A DNA stretch of 61,163 bases from the NCBI GenBank assembly GCA_013178315.1, contig JABLWX010000007.1, forward strand, positions 1 to 61,163, read 5' to 3'. The position numbers were made by a program, and so were the translations under genes. This DNA comes from Candidatus Aminicenantes bacterium. Lineage in GTDB: Bacteria > Acidobacteriota > Aminicenantia > Aminicenantales > Saccharicenantaceae. How positions within the stretch are numbered: the first letter of the stretch is position 1; each line of letters starts with the position of its first letter. The notes under the pieces were generated by a model, which was not told the origin of the DNA, ran no database searches, and saw only the letters and a program-made list of their open reading frames with translations. This document shows positions 58,068 through 61,163 of this stretch, one piece after another.

Positions 58068-60845
58068 ATGGAAGAGGGGATTGATAAAAACCAATTAATA
58101 AGACACATTATTGAAACCCCAAATCCCTTATCAGAAGAACAAAAGAGCGCCGTTTTATCGAAAAGCAGATATCTAAGAATCGTTGCTGGTGCTGGCACTG
58201 GAAAAACAGAGACAATGACACGTAGGGTAGTTTATTTAATACTATGTGAAAATGCGTTGCCTGGATCAATAGTAGTTTTTACTTTTACTGAAAAGGCAGC
58301 TCAAAGTATAAAAAGTAGAATCTATGAAAGGGTGAGACAATTAGGCGGCGAGGAAAAAAGTGCAGGGCTTGGCGATATGTTCGTTGGGACTATTCACAGC
58401 TTCTGTTTTCATCTATTAGAAGATAAATTCGGGTATGGTAATTTCAGTGCGATTGATAAAAATAAAGAGATGGCTTTCCTAATGCGTGAAGGGTGGAGCC
58501 TTGGATTGGGCTCAAAAGGCAATTATGGAACTAATTGCGAAAGATTTTTAAGGTCTGTTGACGTTGTTTATAATGAACTAATTGATATAAATAAGCTGAG
58601 GGTCCAAGCAGAGTCATTCAGCAAACAGTTTGAAAAATATGAAGCCACTCTAAATCACCATAAATTGATTAATTTTGGACAAATGATCAGCAGAGCGGTC
58701 CATGAGATCGAAAGTAAACCTGATTCGATATCTTATATAAAGCATCTTATAGTTGATGAATACCAAGATATAAATAGAGCCCAAGATAGATTGATAAAAT
58801 TAATTGGCAAGAAGGCAAGCGTATTTATTGTGGGTGACCCTAGGCAGTGTATCTACCAATGGCGAGGATCAGATGAAAAATGCTTTGATGAATTCACATT
58901 AGAATATAGAGAATGCGAGCAAATAACCATACGAGAAAATCGAAGGAGTGTTCCCGAAATTGTAGATGTGGCTAACACTACTGCTGCCTTCTTCGCGCAT
59001 AAATATTATGAACCGTTATTGCCGATTAGGAAAGAGAACGGAAAAGTTGTCTTGTTAAAAGCAGCATGTGCCGAATCAGAAGCCGCCTGGGTAATAAATC
59101 AAATAAAGTTATTAATAAAAATGAATGAAGACCTTAGATTTCGTGACTTTGCAATTTTATTGAGAAGTGTTAAGACATCTGGAAGGATGTTCATCGAAAG
59201 ATGTAAGGAAGAAAGCATTCCATTTATTGTTGGGGGCAATGTTGGCTTGTTTCAAAGAGATGAAGCACAAGCCGTTGGAAGGTTAATCGCTTGGCTTGAT
59301 GAAGATGGGTTTTGGTATGGAGATCAGTTTCAGAAAAAAGAGATTATCAAGGGAGAAAATCTATTAATATCAGGATTAGAAAAATGGAAGATTGCAGTAG
59401 GTGATGAATTAATAGCCCATGATATTGAAGATGAACTTAGAGAATGGAAGACTGATGTTTTTAATGATAGGTATCCTAATTTTTCAGATCTTTATCAAGA
59501 ACTTCTTAGAATATTGGGATTCTTGAAATTAAATCCTGAGAATAAAATGCATGCGGCGCTTATGGCCAACTTAGGTAGGTTTAATACTTTATTGACAGAT
59601 TATGAGACATCGATTCGCTTGGGTGGACAGAAATTAGATTGGAAGGCCAACTTAAAAGGGCTTTGCTGGTTCATGAACTCATATGCGATAGGTTCCTATG
59701 AAGAAAATTATGGTGATGATATAAGAGGCGTTGATGCTGTCCAAATCATGACAGTTCACCAGGCCAAGGGATTGGAATGGCCCGTTGTTTTTGTGCCGTG
59801 TTTAACTGATAAAAGATTTCCCAGTAGCAATACTGGAAAGCAACAAGAATGGTTGTTACCAAGGAATTCAGGGCTTTTTCCGGTTGAAAGATATGAAGGA
59901 AATATCGAGGACGAAAAAAGGCTATTTTATGTGGCAATTACAAGAGCCAGAGATTTACTATGCTTAAGTTACTTCAAAAAAATCGAGATGGCCAGTAAGC
60001 ATAATCAGAGCCATAGTATATTTTTGAGTCCAATAGATAAGACCCTTAACTATGATTCCATATTAGACGATTCAAAAAATATACCCAAAGTAAATATAAT
60101 GCCTGCGAGTGAAAAAGAAGAAATTCAAACGTTTTCTGCCACAGAAATAATCTATTATAGAAGATGCCCATTTATGTATAGGCTCCGTGAAATATTTGGA
60201 TTTCAGCCCGGTCTTGATATTGCATTGGGATTTGGGCGGAGTCTTCATTATTGCCTGAGCTGTGCCATTGATTTAATCAAAACTGAGAAAGATCTTGAAA
60301 AGATGGTAAATAATCTCATAGAAGAAAAATTCCATTTGCCCTTCGCTGGCGGCAACTATCTTGAGATTATGAAAAATAAAGCTAAAAAATTGTTGTATGA
60401 ATTTATTAAACAAAATATAAATGATCTAATGAATATAAAGGAAGTAGAAGCAAGGCTTGAATTTCCAATAGAGAAAGCAACGGTTGCCGGGAAAATAGAT
60501 GCAATAATTAAGGTAGAAGGTGAACGGGAATTGCTAGAAATAAGAGATTATAAGACATCTGATAAAGTCGAGTCATATGAGGATTCAAGCTTACAGCTAC
60601 AGATTTATGCCTTGGGGCTGAGAAAAATGAAAAATAGAGTGGCGGAAGCTTCTATTGCTTATCTTGATAGTTCATCCGATAAAGGCGAAAAGATTAAGGG
60701 TGTGCCGATTAATGATGAAATATTAAATCGCGCTGAAAGAACAGTTAAATCGTGCATCGATGCGATTAGGAATGGTCAATATAATGCGAGGTGCGGTGCC
60801 CATTGTAATAATTGCGATTATAGAACGATATGTCGTTATTCTTAG
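58068..60845 (+). CDS. UvrD/PcrA-like SF1 helicase fused to a PD-(D/E)XK nuclease with an Fe-S cysteine staple
   Basis: AGAGTGKT, DEYQD, VGDPRQCIYQWRG, TVHQAKGLEW, EKRLFYVAITRA; RRCPF, GKIDAI..RDYKTS, QLQIYA, CNNCDYRTIC. Confidence 0.88.
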   Translation: MEEGIDKNQLIRHIIETPNPLSEEQKSAVLSKSRYLRIVAGAGTGKTETMTRRVVYLILCENALPGSIVVFTFTEKAAQSIKSRIYERVRQLGGEEKSAGLGDMFVGTIHSFCFHLLEDKFGYGNFSAIDKNKEMAFLMREGWSLGLGSKGNYGTNCERFLRSVDVVYNELIDINKLRVQAESFSKQFEKYEATLNHHKLINFGQMISRAVHEIESKPDSISYIKHLIVDEYQDINRAQDRLIKLIGKKASVFIVGDPRQCIYQWRGSDEKCFDEFTLEYRECEQITIRENRRSVPEIVDVANTTAAFFAHKYYEPLLPIRKENGKVVLLKAACAESEAAWVINQIKLLIKMNEDLRFRDFAILLRSVKTSGRMFIERCKEESIPFIVGGNVGLFQRDEAQAVGRLIAWLDEDGFWYGDQFQKKEIIKGENLLISGLEKWKIAVGDELIAHDIEDELREWKTDVFNDRYPNFSDLYQELLRILGFLKLNPENKMHAALMANLGRFNTLLTDYETSIRLGGQKLDWKANLKGLCWFMNSYAIGSYEENYGDDIRGVDAVQIMTVHQAKGLEWPVVFVPCLTDKRFPSSNTGKQQEWLLPRNSGLFPVERYEGNIEDEKRLFYVAITRARDLLCLSYFKKIEMASKHNQSHSIFLSPIDKTLNYDSILDDSKNIPKVNIMPASEKEEIQTFSATEIIYYRRCPFMYRLREIFGFQPGLDIALGFGRSLHYCLSCAIDLIKTEKDLEKMVNNLIEEKFHLPFAGGNYLEIMKNKAKKLLYEFIKQNINDLMNIKEVEARLEFPIEKATVAGKIDAIIKVEGERELLEIRDYKTSDKVESYEDSSLQLQIYALGLRKMKNRVAEASIAYLDSSSDKGEKIKGVPINDEILNRAERTVKSCIDAIRNGQYNARCGAHCNNCDYRTICRYS

Positions 60846-60940
60846 AATAAAAGAAATCTAATTATCATTGCAGCTGGCCTAGATTCATGAGTCCTTATCT
60901 AAGAGGCTATGAAATTATGTGTAATAAGTAAGCCCTTAAG

Positions 60941-61163
60941 GGCCATGTCAAGATTCGTTCGCAATTTGGCCATCGCAATCTCTCCATTTTAAGCCTCAGT
61001 TGGCAGCCTGAGCCATCGAACTTTCTAAGACCTGCCTGAACCTCTCCGGCTTGATGTAGGCATAATCATTGGCCCAGTCTTCTGTATACTCCATAAGGTA
61101 CGAAGCAATGAGCCTCAGGTATGAGCTCACCGAAGGAAACACTCCCACCACCCGGCTTCTGCG
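60941..61163 (-). mobile_element. Right end of an IS256-family insertion sequence
   Basis: Transposase C-terminus plus GGCCATGTCAAGATTCGTTCGCAATTT, which resembles IS256-family ends (G-N4-TGTC). Confidence 0.7.
60996..61163 (-). CDS. IS256-family transposase, C-terminal fragment (absent from the ORF track)
   Basis: Manual translation RRSRVVGVFPSVSSYLRLIASYLMEYTEDWANDYAYIKPERFRQVLESSMAQAAN* matches the IS256 R..RVVG.FP...LRL..L.E..E.W pattern. Confidence 0.85.
   Translation of the reverse strand, partial: RRSRVVGVFPSVSSYLRLIASYLMEYTEDWANDYAYIKPERFRQVLESSMAQAAN

Larger units (their letters stand above)
51145..61163. mobile_element. AT-rich defence island starting at the 3' end of tRNA-Asn; right end lies outside the window
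   Basis: Abrupt composition change (60-nt spot counts: 38/60 GC at 49321, 26/60 at 51721, 18/60 at 58081); R-M and IS content. Confidence 0.7.

Noticed and set aside
58068-60845. Cas4-like nuclease as a sign of CRISPR-Cas
   Set aside because: No repeat-spacer array or other cas gene anywhere in the window.
60932-60943. 12-bp palindrome GCCCTTAAGGGC at the IS junction
   Set aside because: Short and single-copy, straddles the presumed IS end, and has no T-tract; no function can be supported.

Overview
GC-rich bacterial chromosome segment (spot counts about 63% GC). The gene content resembles Acidobacteriota/Aminicenantes, but that assignment is inference only. From left to right: a rhamnose utilisation locus (rhaB, rhaA, and a GH78 rhamnosidase running off the left edge) interrupted by a HEAT-repeat plus HD-GYP gene pair; mixed metabolic genes and tRNA-Arg(ACG); a miaB / nusA-infB-DUF503-rbfA-nrnA-truB-DUF507x2 block; a PASTA-rpe-bamD-OMP-S8-recN operon; ltaE, lpdA and malic enzyme; a four-gene envelope locus (Ala/Lys-rich lipoprotein ending in Lys, two L,D-transpeptidase-family enzymes, one frameshifted non-catalytic paralog); dnaK-dnaJ-hspR with a HAIR-like operator; a sigma-70 factor coupled to a DnaC-like ATPase; and tRNA-Asn. 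An AT-rich defence island follows tRNA-Asn (Type III R-M mod and res, a UvrD helicase fused to an Fe-S PD-(D/E)XK nuclease, and an IS256 end). The best candidates for undescribed systems are (1) the lipoprotein/LDT locus as a possible Braun-lipoprotein-analogous attach/detach tether system, (2) the Mod-Res-UvrD/nuclease trio, (3) the HEAT/HD-GYP pair sharing an N-terminal domain, and (4) a 24-bp palindromic operator found twice, 24 kb apart. All product calls come from motif recognition by eye; no database searches were run.
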